NCBI GenBank assembly: GCA_964016885.1
Contig: OZ024742.1
Location: 216,194,001 to 216,258,000 of the forward strand
Direction of reading: 5' to 3'
Length of the DNA stretch: 64,000 nt
Source: Eledone cirrhosa
Lineage: Eukaryota
The position numbers were made by a program, and so were the translations under genes. Numbering within the stretch: the stretch's first letter is position 1; every line of letters begins with the position of its first letter. This document shows positions 41,947 through 56,210 of this stretch, in pieces. The notes under the pieces were generated by a model. That model ran no database searches and was not told the DNA's origin. It worked only from the letters and a program-made list of their open reading frames with translations.

Positions 41947-42710
41947 TTTTCCCAGTGAAAAATAGTTTAATTAGGAATAAGTATAAATTAGTACCGTAAT
42001 AAGTATTAGTTAGTATTCAGTTTTTTTAGTTTTAAGTTTTTACCGGTTGCGCATTTCTTATGCTTTTCAAAAATAATTTTGAGATAGAGTGCCCGTGATT
42101 TCTGCTCTATTCTGATCAGTTTTGGAAATTCGTCCTGTTTTAAGTGAAAAAAGTGGCTTGGGAGGTATTAAGATTTCGCTGGTTGTTGAATGTCACGTGA
42201 ATAAGCACTATACATTTCGCGCCAAATCGTGTTGCAATAATACTTGTAGTCAAAACAATTTTGGTCGGTAGAAGTCACGCGAATGTTTAAATTGATTTTG
42301 GCGCGAGCTGGTTTCGCGCCAAATATAAGTTTGTCGAAGAGTGTCATTTTCCGCTTGATTGAGTTGCAGTCATGTTGAGAGGTCAACGGTTCAGGTGTCT
42401 ATTAAGACAAATATGTGTGTGTGTGTGTAGCCAAGTCATTCATTGTTGTGATTATGGAAATGAATTGGTCAGTAGGATTGTGTGTGTACGTGTGTTTGCG
42501 GGGGGGGGGGTAGCAAAGTGGTTCATTGTTGTGATAATGGTAATGAATCGGTCAGTAGTGTGTATGTGTGTACGTGTGTGTGTGGAGGGAGGGGGTTATT
42601 TTAACATGTTGAAACATATTTTTCAGCTCTTGTCTTATACGGAGAAGTGTGTGTGTGTATGTCTGTCTGTATGTTAGTGTTCGCGTGTACATGCGCGCGC
42701 GCATGTGTGT

Positions 42711-42802
<92 letters not shown>

Positions 42803-43279
42803 GTGAGCGTGGATGGACTAGTATTTTTGTGGTACGGGTAAAAATGGCGTACATTATTCGATATTTTCAGTCATTTGCAAAAACAATTCTCTCAAAAGAA
42901 CATCAATGACATCAATAATAAAAGAGATGAAATTAGGTATAATATTGTCATAACAACAAGGCGTGTGTGAGTCCAGATTGAACGTACTGCAAGGGGAATC
43001 CATTAGGCCCTGCCGTATGGGATACTTGTGTACAAATATGTATGCACCACTCAATGTGCAATACATGTGTGCGTATGTGTATGTGTGCGTGTTGGCACGT
43101 GTATATCTATAAACATCAAAAGGTATGCGAATTTGTGTATATTTGTGTTGCACCATAGAACATGTGTGTTTACGTATGTCATTGTGTTTATATGTGGATA
43201 GAAATGTATGTAGGTTGTATGCTGATGTAGGTATGTATGTCAACATGTGTATGTTGTGGGTTCGTCTTAGGAAGAAGTG

Positions 43280-44875
43280 TTTAGACGGAGTCTAAGTATT
43301 TGTTAATAAAGTGAGATTTCTTGTTGGTGCGCTGGGTGTGGGTGGCATTATTTTTAAATGTGTAGATGGAAAAGATTCTAAAGTTGGGGTGAATTTGGGC
43401 GGCACAGGTATCAATGTGTTCACTCAGTGCTATTTTTCTGTATTCCCGTATTTTGATTTGGGATCTATGGCCGGTCATGCGTTAGCGGAGGCTGTTTTTA
43501 GTCTGACCTATGTATTGTTCTCGACAACTTGAGCAAGTTAATACACATATTACGTTTTCCGATGCACATGTGAAATTGTTTTTTACTATAAAACGTTGTC
43601 CTTGTTTGAAATAGAGTTCCGAACCATCTATTAGGTTGATGCATATACCACAGTTGAGTCTATCGCATCTTTTTTACTGTGGGTTACGTTGTTGTGGTTG
43701 GCAGTACTTTGGCATGTGTTAGGATGTTATTCATTGACATAGATTGTCTTTTGGTCTTTATGATATCGTGTGTTCGAAGGATTTCGTACATTCTATGGTC
43801 CTTTTTTAATATAGGGATGTTCTGGAGGATGGTCTCAAAGGCTTCATTGTTGAGGGGGTTGTGTGTGGAGATGTATGGAAGAGATTTTAGTTTCGGTTGA
43901 TTAACTTTAGGGTGTCTAAGGTCCTGTGTACTGAGTTTTAGGGCACGTACGATTCCATTGTCAATTACTGATGCAGGGTAGTCCCTGCTTATGAGTGTGT
44001 CCTCTAGTTCTTGTAGACGTACTTAACAGGTGTTTTTATTGGAAACTATATTACAGAATCTCTTGGCTAAGTTGTAGGGAATATTAATTTTAATGTGTCT
44101 AGGGAGGCATGAATAGAAAGGAAGATATTGCTTGGAGTCTGTGGGCTTGTAGTATATGACTCTTTCTATTTTTTTGTTATGAATCGTAATGAGGATGTCG
44201 AGTAAGGGGAGTTGTTGATGGCTGTATTCCATCGTGAAGTTAATATTCGTGTTGAGCACATTCATAAGGATGTGGAATTCTTTAAGTTTCTCGATGTTTT
44301 CGTGCCAAAGGATGAAGCAGTCATCTAGATGTCTCTTCCAGTTCTTTTCTATGTGTAAGTGGAGAGTGTTTCCAAATGTGTTTAGTACTTTAGTGTAAAG
44401 GGTGATTTCCAGGTATCCTATGACTAGGTTGGCATAAGTGGGGGCCGTTTTCGTTCCCATAGCGGTCCCAGATTTCTGCCTGTAGAATTTGTTATTGAAA
44501 ACGAAGTAATTATTATCCAAGATAAATTTGAGTCCGTCTATCACGAATTCTTTTTTGATGCGTTGTGGGAGTTAATTTGTGGTAATTATCCAGCCAGAAT
44601 TAGATGGCTTCTATTCCTAGGTTGTGGGGGATGTTGGAGTATAGGTTGACTACATCGAACGTCACAAGCAAGGTTTGTTCAGTAAGGGGTATATTAGGGA
44701 GGGGGTTGAGCATATCTAGGTCGTCCCTTATGTAGCTTTTAATGCATTTGAGAACAGGCTTGAGAAGGATAACAATGAAGTTGCTAAGGCGGTGGGTTTC
44801 GCAAGCGGGGCCTGCTATTATAGGTCTTAATTTGAGATCATTAGGTGCGGAGACATTGACAACTAAGTCTGCAGC
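43280..44875 (-). mobile_element. Penelope-like element: RT plus GIY-YIG pseudogene
   Basis: LRPIIAGPACETHRLS, TFDVVNLYSNIPH, QKSGTAMGTKTAP, WKRHLDDCF, YYKPTDSKQYL, then YVLTCSSCREQYIGQT (~43500-43550). Confidence 0.92.
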
Positions 44876-44960
44876 CCCCCCCCCACACACACACACACTC
44901 TCAAGGCTGTGAACCTAATAAAGTTTTGTACTACCTTTCTGTTTTTGTTCCCGTCCAAGT

Positions 44961-45069
<109 letters not shown>

Positions 45070-45095
45070 TATATATACATATATATTTATAATTA

Positions 45096-45139
<44 letters not shown>

Positions 45140-45187
45140 TATATACATATATATTTATATTTATATTTATATATGCATGAACCTGAG

Positions 45188-45330
45188 AAGGCGCGTGGAT
45201 GAGTGGTCAGAGAATTTTATTCGCAATCGTGAGGTTGTGAGTTTGATTCCCGGAGCGGGCGATGCGTAATGTCCCGGAGAAAGACCCATTATTTCACATT
45301 GATCCTCCTGCCTGGATTTGCGTCCGGTAT
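45188..45330 (+). mobile_element. Old tRNA-derived CORE-type SINE
   Basis: GGCGCGTGGATGAGTGGTCAGAG...GTGAGTTTGATTCCCGG head with A and B boxes. Confidence 0.6.
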
Positions 45331-46063
45331 ATAGTATTAGCAATTGGAAACACTAATGAAAACATTGATTCCTCGGTCGGATTTAACGATGTATACCTGG
45401 ATATTTCGGTCAGTGAACGAACATTTGTCTGGTCAATATGAATATCAGTTCTTAACGTGAATAAATTTATATATATATATATGTGTGTGTGGTGTGTATG
45501 GGGGGGGTTAGTGTGTATGTCTGCTGTGTGCGTTAGTGTGTGTGTATGTGCGAGTTTCTCTGTGTATGCGTATGTCTGTCTGTACGGCTTGAGAAGTTCA
45601 AAAACCGATACGCACTGGCCAACTGCCCTTTCCGTTGTGTAACGCATCTAATTTACCAAATGCGACGAGATTTACATTGACAGCACGATCTGACCACCAC
45701 ACACCCGTGTTAGAAAACGCCTCAATTTACATGCAGTCTTCTTTTGAAAAAAAAATGAAACAAAAGTGAAAGTGGAAAAACAGAATTAAAGACCTCCTTA
45801 ACGCAACATCTAGTGAATCTATTCTAAAAGACAAACACAACTATGAGACCCTGCCACAAGACCAATCAGTGCACATCTAGACGCATGTGCAAACAATAAT
45901 CCAACCAAATTCCAAGTCGTCCCACTTTATCTTTGCACTAACAATACAACAGACCAAATACGAATAAATAAGGAAAATATGTTTATTCATAAATATAGAC
46001 ACCATTAAATATAGTTTAATATACGTTATGTTAACACCATAAAATGCTAACCATCCACACACA

Positions 46064-46146
<83 letters not shown>

Positions 46147-46361
46147 ACACACACACACCACACACACACACACGCGTAACACCCTTCTCTATATTCGAAA
46201 ATAATAGACCAGAGCTAAATATACTTTAACATAGGTTAATATTTGAACACCTTAACATGCTAACCATACTCTTCCCGCACACACTCACACACATAGCACT
46301 CTTCTCCATTTCTACTAATGAATCATTTTTATTTTCATTATCAAGACGATAGACCAATTTG

Positions 46362-46416
<55 letters not shown>

Positions 46417-46604
46417 CACACACGCACACACACACACATACACACACACACGCACACACACATACACACACGCACACACACGCACACACACACACACAAA
46501 ACACGAATAGAAAAATATATTTCTCTTGTTTACCCTGCCACCACCAACACCGACACAAATATTCAATTCATTTTAATAGAAAGTTTGAATTTTGACACCT
46601 CAAC

Positions 46605-46800
46605 ACGACGCAGCCATATTCATTGAACCATAACGATTTCTCCTCCTCCCATATCTTTTGTTTGGCACAACACTTTCTATGACAAACCATCTGTTTCTGG
46701 CACATACGTGACCAATCATGTGACTATGAAAATGGCAATAAGGAATACTCAAACACGAACTGGCGGGAAATATGTGTGTGTGTGCGCGCGCCCGCGCGTA
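46605..46800. promoter_or_regulatory. Candidate host core or proximal promoter
   Basis: Cluster in otherwise unique sequence: YY1-like GCCATATT and AAAATGGC, ACGTGA, CCAAT, CATGTGAC, E2F-like TGGCGGGAAA and a CpG run. Motif evidence only. Confidence 0.35.
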
Positions 46801-47232
46801 TGTGTGTGTCAAGGAAATATCAAAAAGGTACAAATGTATTATTATTCATATTTAAAAGGGGAATTAAATTTTCCAGGTGTCGCACTTCAGCCCTTCTCCA
46901 CGAGTTCACAAATAGAAACAAGATCACAAAACATAGATGTAGTATAGAAAAGGCTGTCCAAGTAAAGTAAAACAAGAAAAACGAAAATAAAGAGGAGAAA
47001 GAAGACAAATCGTTACGTAGACTTGATAATTATTTGGAACGTGAAAGTGAAGTGTGTGTGTATTAGTGTCGATATTATGCGTGAGTGTATGAGTATGTTT
47101 AATCGTGTCATTTTGTAAGGCTTATTGTATAAAGTAGCAATGTTAGTGTGGTATGTGGTAGTGGATTTGTATGTGTGAGTGAATGTAAGTTTGAATCTGT
47201 CTACTGTATGAGTGCGTTGAAGTTATATGTAT

Positions 47233-47473
<241 letters not shown>

Positions 47474-47664
47474 GTAACAAGTTATCGTTATAGGAAATCC
47501 AGTTAGAGGTTGTGAGTACTCTGCGTTGTGGATAGTTTTAACGTACGGCTCTGTTTAACTCAACAAGATGTTTCCATAGTTAGGCAGCGAGTTCGCGGTA
47601 ATTCCTATGTAGGTTATACTTGGAGTAATAATAGTGAATTCCGATGAGTTGGTCAGAGGTAAAT

Positions 47665-47830
47665 AATGGTTTCTACCTTTGGCACAAGGCCAGCAATTTA
47701 CTAGTAGATTACTGGTACTTTATTTTATCGACCCCTTAAGGATGAAAGGCAAAGTTAACCTCGGCGCGATTTGAACTCAGAATGGCAAGGGGCGTAACTC
47801 TATGCGTCAAAGCATGGTGTCCGACCCTCA
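47665..47830 (-). mobile_element. SINE family A, 5'-truncated
   Basis: Consensus. AAATAATG on both flanks. Confidence 0.88.
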
Positions 47831-47972
47831 AATAATGTAATAGAGATCGAGTGACGCAACTTCGAGCAATTAGACACCTCTAGAACTCACCTGATCAATG
47901 AAACAATTGCCAATACCTGAAATAAATCCCCTTGTTGTACAGCCAACCATGTTACTCTTCATTCTTTCACCG

Positions 47973-48014
<42 letters not shown>

Positions 48015-48017
<3 letters not shown>

Positions 48018-48592
48018 AGAATATTTTTCCGAAACAGCGAGTTGGTTTGAAATTATTAGAAATGTAAGCAATCGCCGTATTTTGACTAAGGAAATTAAAG
48101 AAATTATTTAGACTGATAGTGGGGTTAAGAACCCTCGGAGAAATGGAAAAAGATGAGTATTGACGTACATGGGAGTCGAACCCACATCTTTGGTATCCGG
48201 ACCACTGTGAGCCCATTTAGATCAACACATCACCCGTCTTTTTCTAATCAAATTAGAAGCTATAAACTTAGCGACTGTAATGTCAAGTAAGAATATTTTT
48301 CTAAACAGCGAGTGGGTTTGAAATTATTAGAAATATGGGATCGACTCCCAAGTAGGTCAATATTCTTACTTGACATTACAGTCGCTAAGTTTATAGCTTC
48401 TAATTTGAATGGAAAAAGACGGGTGATGTGTTGGTGTAAATGGCAGCACAGTGGTCCGGATAACCAAAGATGTGGGTTCGACTCCCATGTACGTCAAAAC
48501 TCATCTTTTTCCATTTATCCTAGGGTTCTTAACTCCACTATCAGGCTAAATAATTTCTTTCATTTCTTTAGTCAAAATACGGCGATAGCTTA
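48015..48592. mobile_element. Fold-back element in (TA)n carrying a tRNA-like cassette in each arm
   Basis: 48065-48297 is inverted at 48359-48592. 48015-48063 repeats directly at 48287-48335. Confidence 0.8.
48424..48497 (+). pseudogene. tRNA-like sequence (mirror copy at 48161-48232, minus)
   Basis: A-box TGGTGTAAATGG, stem TGGT/ACCA around a 7-nt loop, T-arm GTGGG-TTCGACT-CCCAT, acceptor-like TGATGTG/TACGTCA, and a T5 run ~10 nt downstream. Anticodon identity is unclear. Confidence 0.6.
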
Positions 48593-48824
48593 TATATATA
48601 TATGTGTGAGTATTATATATATAGAATATAGAGAGAGAGACTGACGACGAGAAAGAAAATTAGTTTAAGATAGATAGAAAGATACAGAGATTGATAATGA
48701 AGAGAGTGATAGTTATCAATATATTCATAATGTGAGAGTTTGCGTACGTTGGTATGGGCATGTTTATATATATATACATACACACACATATAATATATGA
48801 TATATATATATATACATGCATACA

Positions 48825-49420
48825 CGGTGGCTGCCAACTCGTTTTCGAGTACGGCCACTACTTTATATCCATGTAGGAGAACCCCTACCGATGCGCTGAA
48901 CGAGTGTGACCTTTTAGTCCAGCCAGCGACTTGAAAACTCTGGTACAAACACTACACTTGTGACAACACTATTGACACATAGTGCTGGGCCCATGGTACC
49001 ATGTGATGACAAGTGCAGAGAGATCTCCAGATATATAAACAATGCCTGTGCCGTGAAGCTTTTATAGTGAGCAAAGGCACTGCACAAAGCCAGTCCCACC
49101 CTTTTAACCGAGATGATATTTACCAAAAAGAAGAACAAGTCAACATCATTGGATACCATCAGGGTTGCAGGTGTTATATCAGAGTTTTCCTTTTGACAAA
49201 GGCTAAGGGGTCATCTCTCCCGGTGATTTTGGATGACCATTGACTTTTAAGAGCTCCTTTACCCTTTGACAGGTTTTGTTTTTAGTCCTGCAGGATGTCC
49301 AAAGTCACCCTCCTTACCAAGATACCTTGGTGGGGTTGCCAGTTTAGTCGCCAACGACCCGACCATGGGACAGGTTGTACTGGAATACATGTTACCAGTA
49401 GCACCAACTGTTGACTGACA
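48825..49420 (-). mobile_element. Non-coding dispersed repeat, probably RTE-mobilised (copy 2)
   Basis: Inverted homolog of 10372-10917 with a slightly longer 5' end. Confidence 0.7.
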
Positions 49421-49955
49421 TACATACATACATAAATACATACATATATACATACATAAATATATACATATCTACATACACACATATATATACATACCTA
49501 TGCATACATACACAACCTCAATTATCTACATAGAGCTCTTATGATGCCTTAGCATATGTAAATATAATGTCTTTAACTTACTAGTAATTTGGGATGGAAA
49601 TCAATTTAATGATTTGACATTTAAAAAAAATCAAATTTAATGGATGTGTCTTTCCATCACACACAGCTGTAAATTATTTGGTGACGCTATTACGTCTGTG
49701 CCTTGAGATTCAAAGGTGAACGAGATGGCTTTCACTGGGAAGATGAAATATGTTCAATTATTTCAAATATTTCTTGGATTCCGGATTAATGGTTTCATGT
49801 TCCTTTAAAATCCTAAATTTCAATAAAATTATACTTATTATATTTGAGTTAATTTGAAATTCTTCAATACAAAAAAAGGAAATTTGCTTTCAATACCTTC
49901 ACAAATTTGTAGGTTAGATTAAATGCCTTCTACCTGTTTGGGGATTTTTTCTCTC

Positions 49956-50020
<65 letters not shown>

Positions 50021-50061
50021 CTCTCTCTCTCTCCCTCCCTCTCTTTATATATATATATATA

Positions 50062-50093
<32 letters not shown>

Positions 50094-51076
50094 CACACGT
50101 GCGTTTATGTTTGTCTATGTATGCATGTATATATATATATATATACATGCATACATAGACAAACATAAATGCATACATGCACACACACACACATACAACC
50201 CCCCCCCCCCACACACACACACACGTATATATATATATATATATATATATACCATTCGAGATCTGATTTGATTATGATAACATGAATTGCTTTTTTTTCA
50301 TTCAATCACAATATATTGCCAGCTGTACAGTGTAAGCCAACTAGTTCAATGCTCAATGGTTCCTATTGTCACTGGCATCGTTCGTGCCAAAAACAAAAGA
50401 AAATCTTTTGCTATCGCTTGTACAATGAAGATAGTGCAATAACCTACAGTTCGAAGGAGCTCCGAGTTTAGTAGAAGAGCGTGTACAGAAAACACAACTG
50501 ATTTTCATTGTCAGACGAAAGACATATTCCGAATGCTTAAAGCAGAATGGAATACGATAAAAGCAGCTGAGAGACAGATAACTGTATACAATCCTACGAC
50601 CAATGGATCTGTTTCCATGACGATGAATAACAAATAAGTAACAATATATATTCATCGATGTCATTGTGTATTTTCTGAGTGATTTTATAAAATAACATAA
50701 GCTCATATGTTTAAATTTTATAAAAGATAAATAAAATTCAATCAGAGACATGTCTTTTTACAGTTCCTTCAATAAATATTGGACTACCGTTCTGATTATC
50801 CAAGAAAATACATAGGTTATTTAAATGCAGATTTCTAATATTCCTTTCATCAATATAATCCATATATATATAAATATATTTTTCCTGAGTTCAGTCTTTT
50901 TCGTCGCTATGGTCACTGCGGCCCTTCTATCGGTCGCTGTCTTTAATTTGCAAAGCTGTCTAAACGTAATGTTATAATCCTAGGGTTATATACCCTATCG
51001 AGTGCTTAGCTGTATACCGAAACTGCATTCGATAGCTTGGCTGTAACCATGGCTTCGTTTATGATGTAGTAAATTT

Positions 51077-51122
<46 letters not shown>

Positions 51123-51683
51123 CAAATGCTAGTCACAGCATCATATCAATATGATGAGTATTCCACAGTATATTTAAGTGAAATCTCTTTGTATAGACTC
51201 AGTAAGTTGGAGAATAAGTACGAATGTCAAGTGGAAGAAGGTTACTTGTAATAGATTGGCTTTCAATCCAAATTACTTGCAGATACACTACGACATTCAA
51301 AGAGTAGTTGGTCTTCAAGAAATTAAAACTGCAGGAATTAGAGCTACGAAGCTCGTGGACCAATAGAGTTCATAAGATTAAAAAGTATTGGAAAACGAAA
51401 AATGACATGACGTGACATGACAGAAATTCAGAATAACTGTAGATACATTGCATGAAAGAGCACGTTTCTACTGCTGAAACAGCTGTCACACATCAGTGAT
51501 GATAATTAACATGACATAAGACAAATTGATATCTTTATTGACAAAATAGTTTAATCCTACATCAGGCAATGCATACTAAAATGTAGGTTGTGAATGCTGA
51601 ACGTTGGACATGGCAGTATTAACTCTTTATTTTACTTAAACGGACGGTGCGTGATAAAGAAGTTACAGCTATTAGCTTAAATC

Positions 51684-51798
<115 letters not shown>

Positions 51799-51861
51799 AA
51801 GGTTGAATCGGGGGTAACCACAGTAAGTAAGATACTTAATACAATTCTGGTGCTGCGGAAG

Positions 51862-51923
<62 letters not shown>

Positions 51924-51924
51924 T

Positions 51925-51963
<39 letters not shown>

Positions 51964-53214
51964 TGTTCAAGAATAACACGCTGGACAAGATGCAATAAAA
52001 CTAATTCTTATTAGTTTCATGCTTCTGAAAATAAAATATATACATGTTTCCACATATCGCTGGTGTGTAAGTTAGAAGGTTGCAAGTTTGAAAGCAAAAA
52101 AAAACAAAAAAAAACAAAGCTTTGTGGTTGTTTGTATATATACGTTTGTGTGCGAATGTGTGAAACTTGTGTGTAACTTGTGTGTGTGTGTGTGTTTATG
52201 TGTGTGAGTATGTATGTTTGTGTGTGTGAGTATCTATGTATATTACAAAACATCGTCGGATATGTATTTATATAATACATAGTGTATGAATACTCTAAAT
52301 TAAGATGAATCTATATTGTCTGATACACATACAAAGAATTATACGTAACATCAACTCGGAAGTTCGAATATTAGTATTAAATTATATTAATATCAGATAC
52401 ATATCGTCGCACATCTTATATATTGTAGTTGAGATATTATATTCCCAATCTGGAAAATATTATTTGGTTGCCTCAAAAGATTTATGATACATATCGCCAG
52501 AAATCTTTTATATGTGTATGTGCATGTGCGTGTATATGTGTTTTTCTCATGTTCATATGGGTATTTATATGCATATGTTATCATAAATAAGTTGTATATG
52601 AACAAACTAATATATAGCTTATATATAGCTTATATCATATGCAGATCAGAAATAGTTTGTGGGCAGTAGCTCGAGTGATCAATAAACTAGGCAGAGAATA
52701 AGGCAAACATTCAAGAATAATATGAAACAGAATGAATAATATCTAAACAATAAATCTCATATAAAATTCCTTCAAAAGAAAACTCACACACAAACGCGCA
52801 CGGACACACACAAAAATAGGATGCGCGTAAAATGTTTGATAACCTGCCTACCAAAACGTTTAACACTCTTATCAATGCAGACGCTTGTACAATCCGTGGT
52901 CGCCGCTAAGTCGACGAAGAAGATGACTGACCGCCTATGAAATTAGCATATATAGTTATTACAAACATCAATAGTTACGGAGAAATGAAATTTAGGGACA
53001 GAAAATTATTAACAGAACAAGTTTATTAACAAAAGAAAACTTTCACTTGTCTTATAGCAACTTACGAAAAACGGGCGTCCAATAGATACAATGAAATCTA
53101 GAATGTTAGTAACCAGGTTATATATAAACAGCGAAGAGGCTCGATACATATTAGAAATGAAATTATTACAAAATACATTCACCGTGAATATGAGGATTTC
53201 TGGCTCTTTCGAAA

Positions 53215-53790
53215 GGCTTGCAATTTAGGAGAATGGAAAATCTATATCGACACAGTTTTTGAAATGGTACATTATTTTGAAATGCAAAGTAGACTTTGGC
53301 GAGATTTAAATTCTAATCATAGAGAACCAATACAGCCAAGAAGGTATCGGACCCTCTGAAGGTTCTACAAATCCACCGCCCTACCAAGATGATAATAGTT
53401 GTTTCTACTTTTGGCACAAGGCCAGCAATTGCTCCAGTGCATTACTGGTGCTTCATTTTAATTCCACCCCGTAAAGATGAAAGGCAAAGTTACCCTCGGT
53501 GCGACTTGAAATCAGAACGTAAAGGGCCATAACATTATGCTGTAAAGCACGGTGTCTGATGCTGTACCGATACTGCCTATCCACATACCAAAATGATAAT
53601 AATGGTTTCTTATATAGGCACAAGGCCAGTAATTTGGGGGAAGGGGAAGTTGATTAAATTGACCCCAGTCCGTGACTGGTACTTTATTTTATCGCCCCCG
53701 TAAGGATGAAAGGCAAAGTTAACCTCGGCGCGTTTTGAACTCAGACTGTAAAGGACCGTAACTCTATGCTGCAAAGCATGGTTCTCGACT
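53215..53790 (-). mobile_element. Three tandem SINE family A-related copies (53215-53380 old, 53397-53585, 53603-53790)
   Basis: Consensus matches with varying divergence. Confidence 0.85.
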
Positions 53791-53925
53791 AATAATAGAA
53801 GGTAAACATTTGCCATGAATCATTCAGTGTGAAATAATTATAAGTTGACTTTCAAAGAAGAATTTAGTTAAAATAATGTGCTTTACACCATGTTTAAAAA
53901 TTCTGCTTCCATATAATTTATAAAT

Positions 53926-53974
<49 letters not shown>

Positions 53975-53977
<3 letters not shown>

Positions 53978-54200
53978 GAGTAAAACCCCCTTCGGTCACG
54001 AATGACTACGTATTTTGCACCTAGAAAGTTCCACGCTGAGGCACAAGCCCAGGCAAGAGGTCTTTGTGGAAGACCACCAATCGCCTATACAAACCTCTCT
54101 TCCCGCTACTGATGTCACAATCAATTTCTACAGCAGAGTGAAATGGAGACAATGGGAAATTGATTGTCTTGCGAATCCAATTTTCTCATCACTACGCGGC
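53975..54200 (-). mobile_element. Old CORE-type SINE remnant with (CA)n tail
   Basis: CORE-like CAGCAGAGTGAAATGGAGACAATGGGAAATTGATTGTCTTGC segment on the plus strand, with the 3' end abutting the GT tract. Confidence 0.5.
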
Positions 54201-54230
54201 CCACCTTCATTCATAAATACGTATGTATAA

Positions 54231-54341
<111 letters not shown>

Positions 54342-54375
54342 TATCTGCGTGTGTGTATGTGTGTGTGTATGTACG

Positions 54376-54408
<33 letters not shown>

Positions 54409-54555
54409 AAAACCACAGACCCTCCATCTCAACTCACCTTTTGAAAAGCAGAAGAACTGCGAAACCGGTAAAGGAACCAAATAAATATATATATTTTTAA
54501 AAAAAAATAAGACTCCAGTTGCATTTTCGATTTCATCTCTTTTTCTTTATATATA

Positions 54556-54593
<38 letters not shown>

Positions 54594-54597
<4 letters not shown>

Positions 54598-54912
54598 AGA
54601 AAACGAAAAATCAGTGATGTTTCTGTACTTAGTTTATTTCGTGTTACAAATGTTTCGCCGGCATGTAGCTCGAGTCATGGTCCTTGTATGGATCTGGCTG
54701 ATTCTACCTCTGCGGGTTCTTTCAGACACGGGTGTTATGTCCGGAGCAAATTTTATCACTCCGGACATAACACCCTTCTCTGAAAGAACCCGCAAAACTA
54801 GAATCAGTCAGATCCATACAAGGACCATGACTCGAGCTACATGCCGGCGAAACATTTGTAACACGAAATAAACTAAGTCCAAATGCATCACTGATTTTTC
54901 GTTTTCTTTATA
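54594..54912. mobile_element. ~320-bp fold-back element with hammerhead-like motifs (extended stem II)
   Basis: Arms are inverted about ~54752. Minus strand 54640-54730 reads CGTGT-CTGAAAGA-...-GAAAC-ATTT-GTA-ACACG. The mirror is at 54780-54865. Confidence 0.75.
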
Positions 54913-55012
54913 CTATCTACACTCTACTCTGCTGAATATCGAGTGCTAATTTTGGCATACCGCCTATGGAAGTACCATAGCTACCACTATACACAACTAT
55001 ATATATATATAT

Positions 55013-55190
55013 ATTAATATAGAAAAGCTGCTACAGGACTAGAACTGTTGCGTTCGTAAGAAATCCTCAAGAAGCACACGAATTAAACAGTTCTAATCCT
55101 GTAGAAGCGTTTCTATATTAAAAAATGTATACTCTGCTATGTATTGAGTACCTTACTTACTATGCTTACCCCCGATTCAACCCGGAATAA
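55013..55190. mobile_element. Small fold-back PLE-type terminal remnant with tail
   Basis: TTAATATAGAAA...AGAACTGTT is inverted with AACAGTTCT...TTTCTATATTAA. Tail TTACTTACT.TG.TTACCCCCGATTCAACC also occurs on the minus strand at ~51800-51840. Confidence 0.6.
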
Positions 55191-55223
55191 CTTATATATG
55201 TATATATATATGTGTGTGTGTGG

Positions 55224-55302
<79 letters not shown>

Positions 55303-55342
55303 AATATATATGTATATTTGTGTGTGTGTGTGTGTAATTGTG

Positions 55343-55373
<31 letters not shown>

Positions 55374-55802
55374 TGTGTACAGAAACTCATATATGGATAC
55401 ATACCTAGCCCGTTAGAAATATATCAAGACACGGAGTCGTTAACACACCACAGTGTCACTGGTTTCCAATTAAGCGGCTATATGATATTATATTGGTACC
55501 AATCACAAATCACTGAAACCCAGGCATATAAAGATTATCTCGTGATTCATCAATGTCTAACACCTCCATAATCATAACTAGATTCCATAAGATCATAGGA
55601 CAGTTCACACCAGAACAACTCATTGATTCCATTGTTTTCTTTACAATTCGGTTCCATCAGAATTGCAATACAAATAATGCAATAGTTATTGTAGTAATTT
55701 TCATTCACTGTAGCTTTGTGAATAGTTCGTGGATAATATCATTCTTTTTTCATTTTTTCGTTAAATGTTAAATGGAATTAATTTTATCACAATAATGGTA
55801 AT

Positions 55803-56210
55803 AATTGATTCTACTTTTGGCACAAGGCCAGCAATTAACCAGTACATTACTGGTACTTTATTTTATCGACCCCATAAGGATGAAAGGCAAATGGTAATAA
55901 TGGTTTCTGATTTAGGTACAAGGACAACAAGTTTTGGGGATGGGCAAGGCGATTAAATCGATGCCAGTGCATTACTGGTGCTTTATTCTATTGAGTCCTA
56001 AATGATGAAAGGCAAAGCTAACCTTGGCGGGATTTGAACGTAAAGCGCCGTAACGGTATGCCGCAAAGCCTTTTATCTGACGTTCTATCCAACGTTAATA
56101 ATTGTTTCTACTTTAGGCACAAGGCCAGCAATTACCCAGTACATTACTGGTACGTTATTTTATCGACCCCCGTAAGGATGAAAGGCAAAGTTAACCTCAG
56201 CGGGATTTGA
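55803..56210 (-). mobile_element. SINE family A cluster (three partial or diverged copies)
   Basis: Consensus matches at 55803-55890, 55900-56090 and 56100-56210. Confidence 0.85.

Noticed and set aside
48424-48497. Functional tRNA gene
   Set aside because: The anticodon loop is atypical, the acceptor stem is imperfect, the two copies differ, and it lies inside a repeat. It is kept as tRNA-like only.
50500-50580. Possible hammerhead (CAGACGA...CAGCTG palindrome)
   Set aside because: Both core boxes are degenerate, so it cannot be told apart from chance.
54614-54871. 85-aa ORF
   Set aside because: It spans a palindrome and has no recognisable domain.
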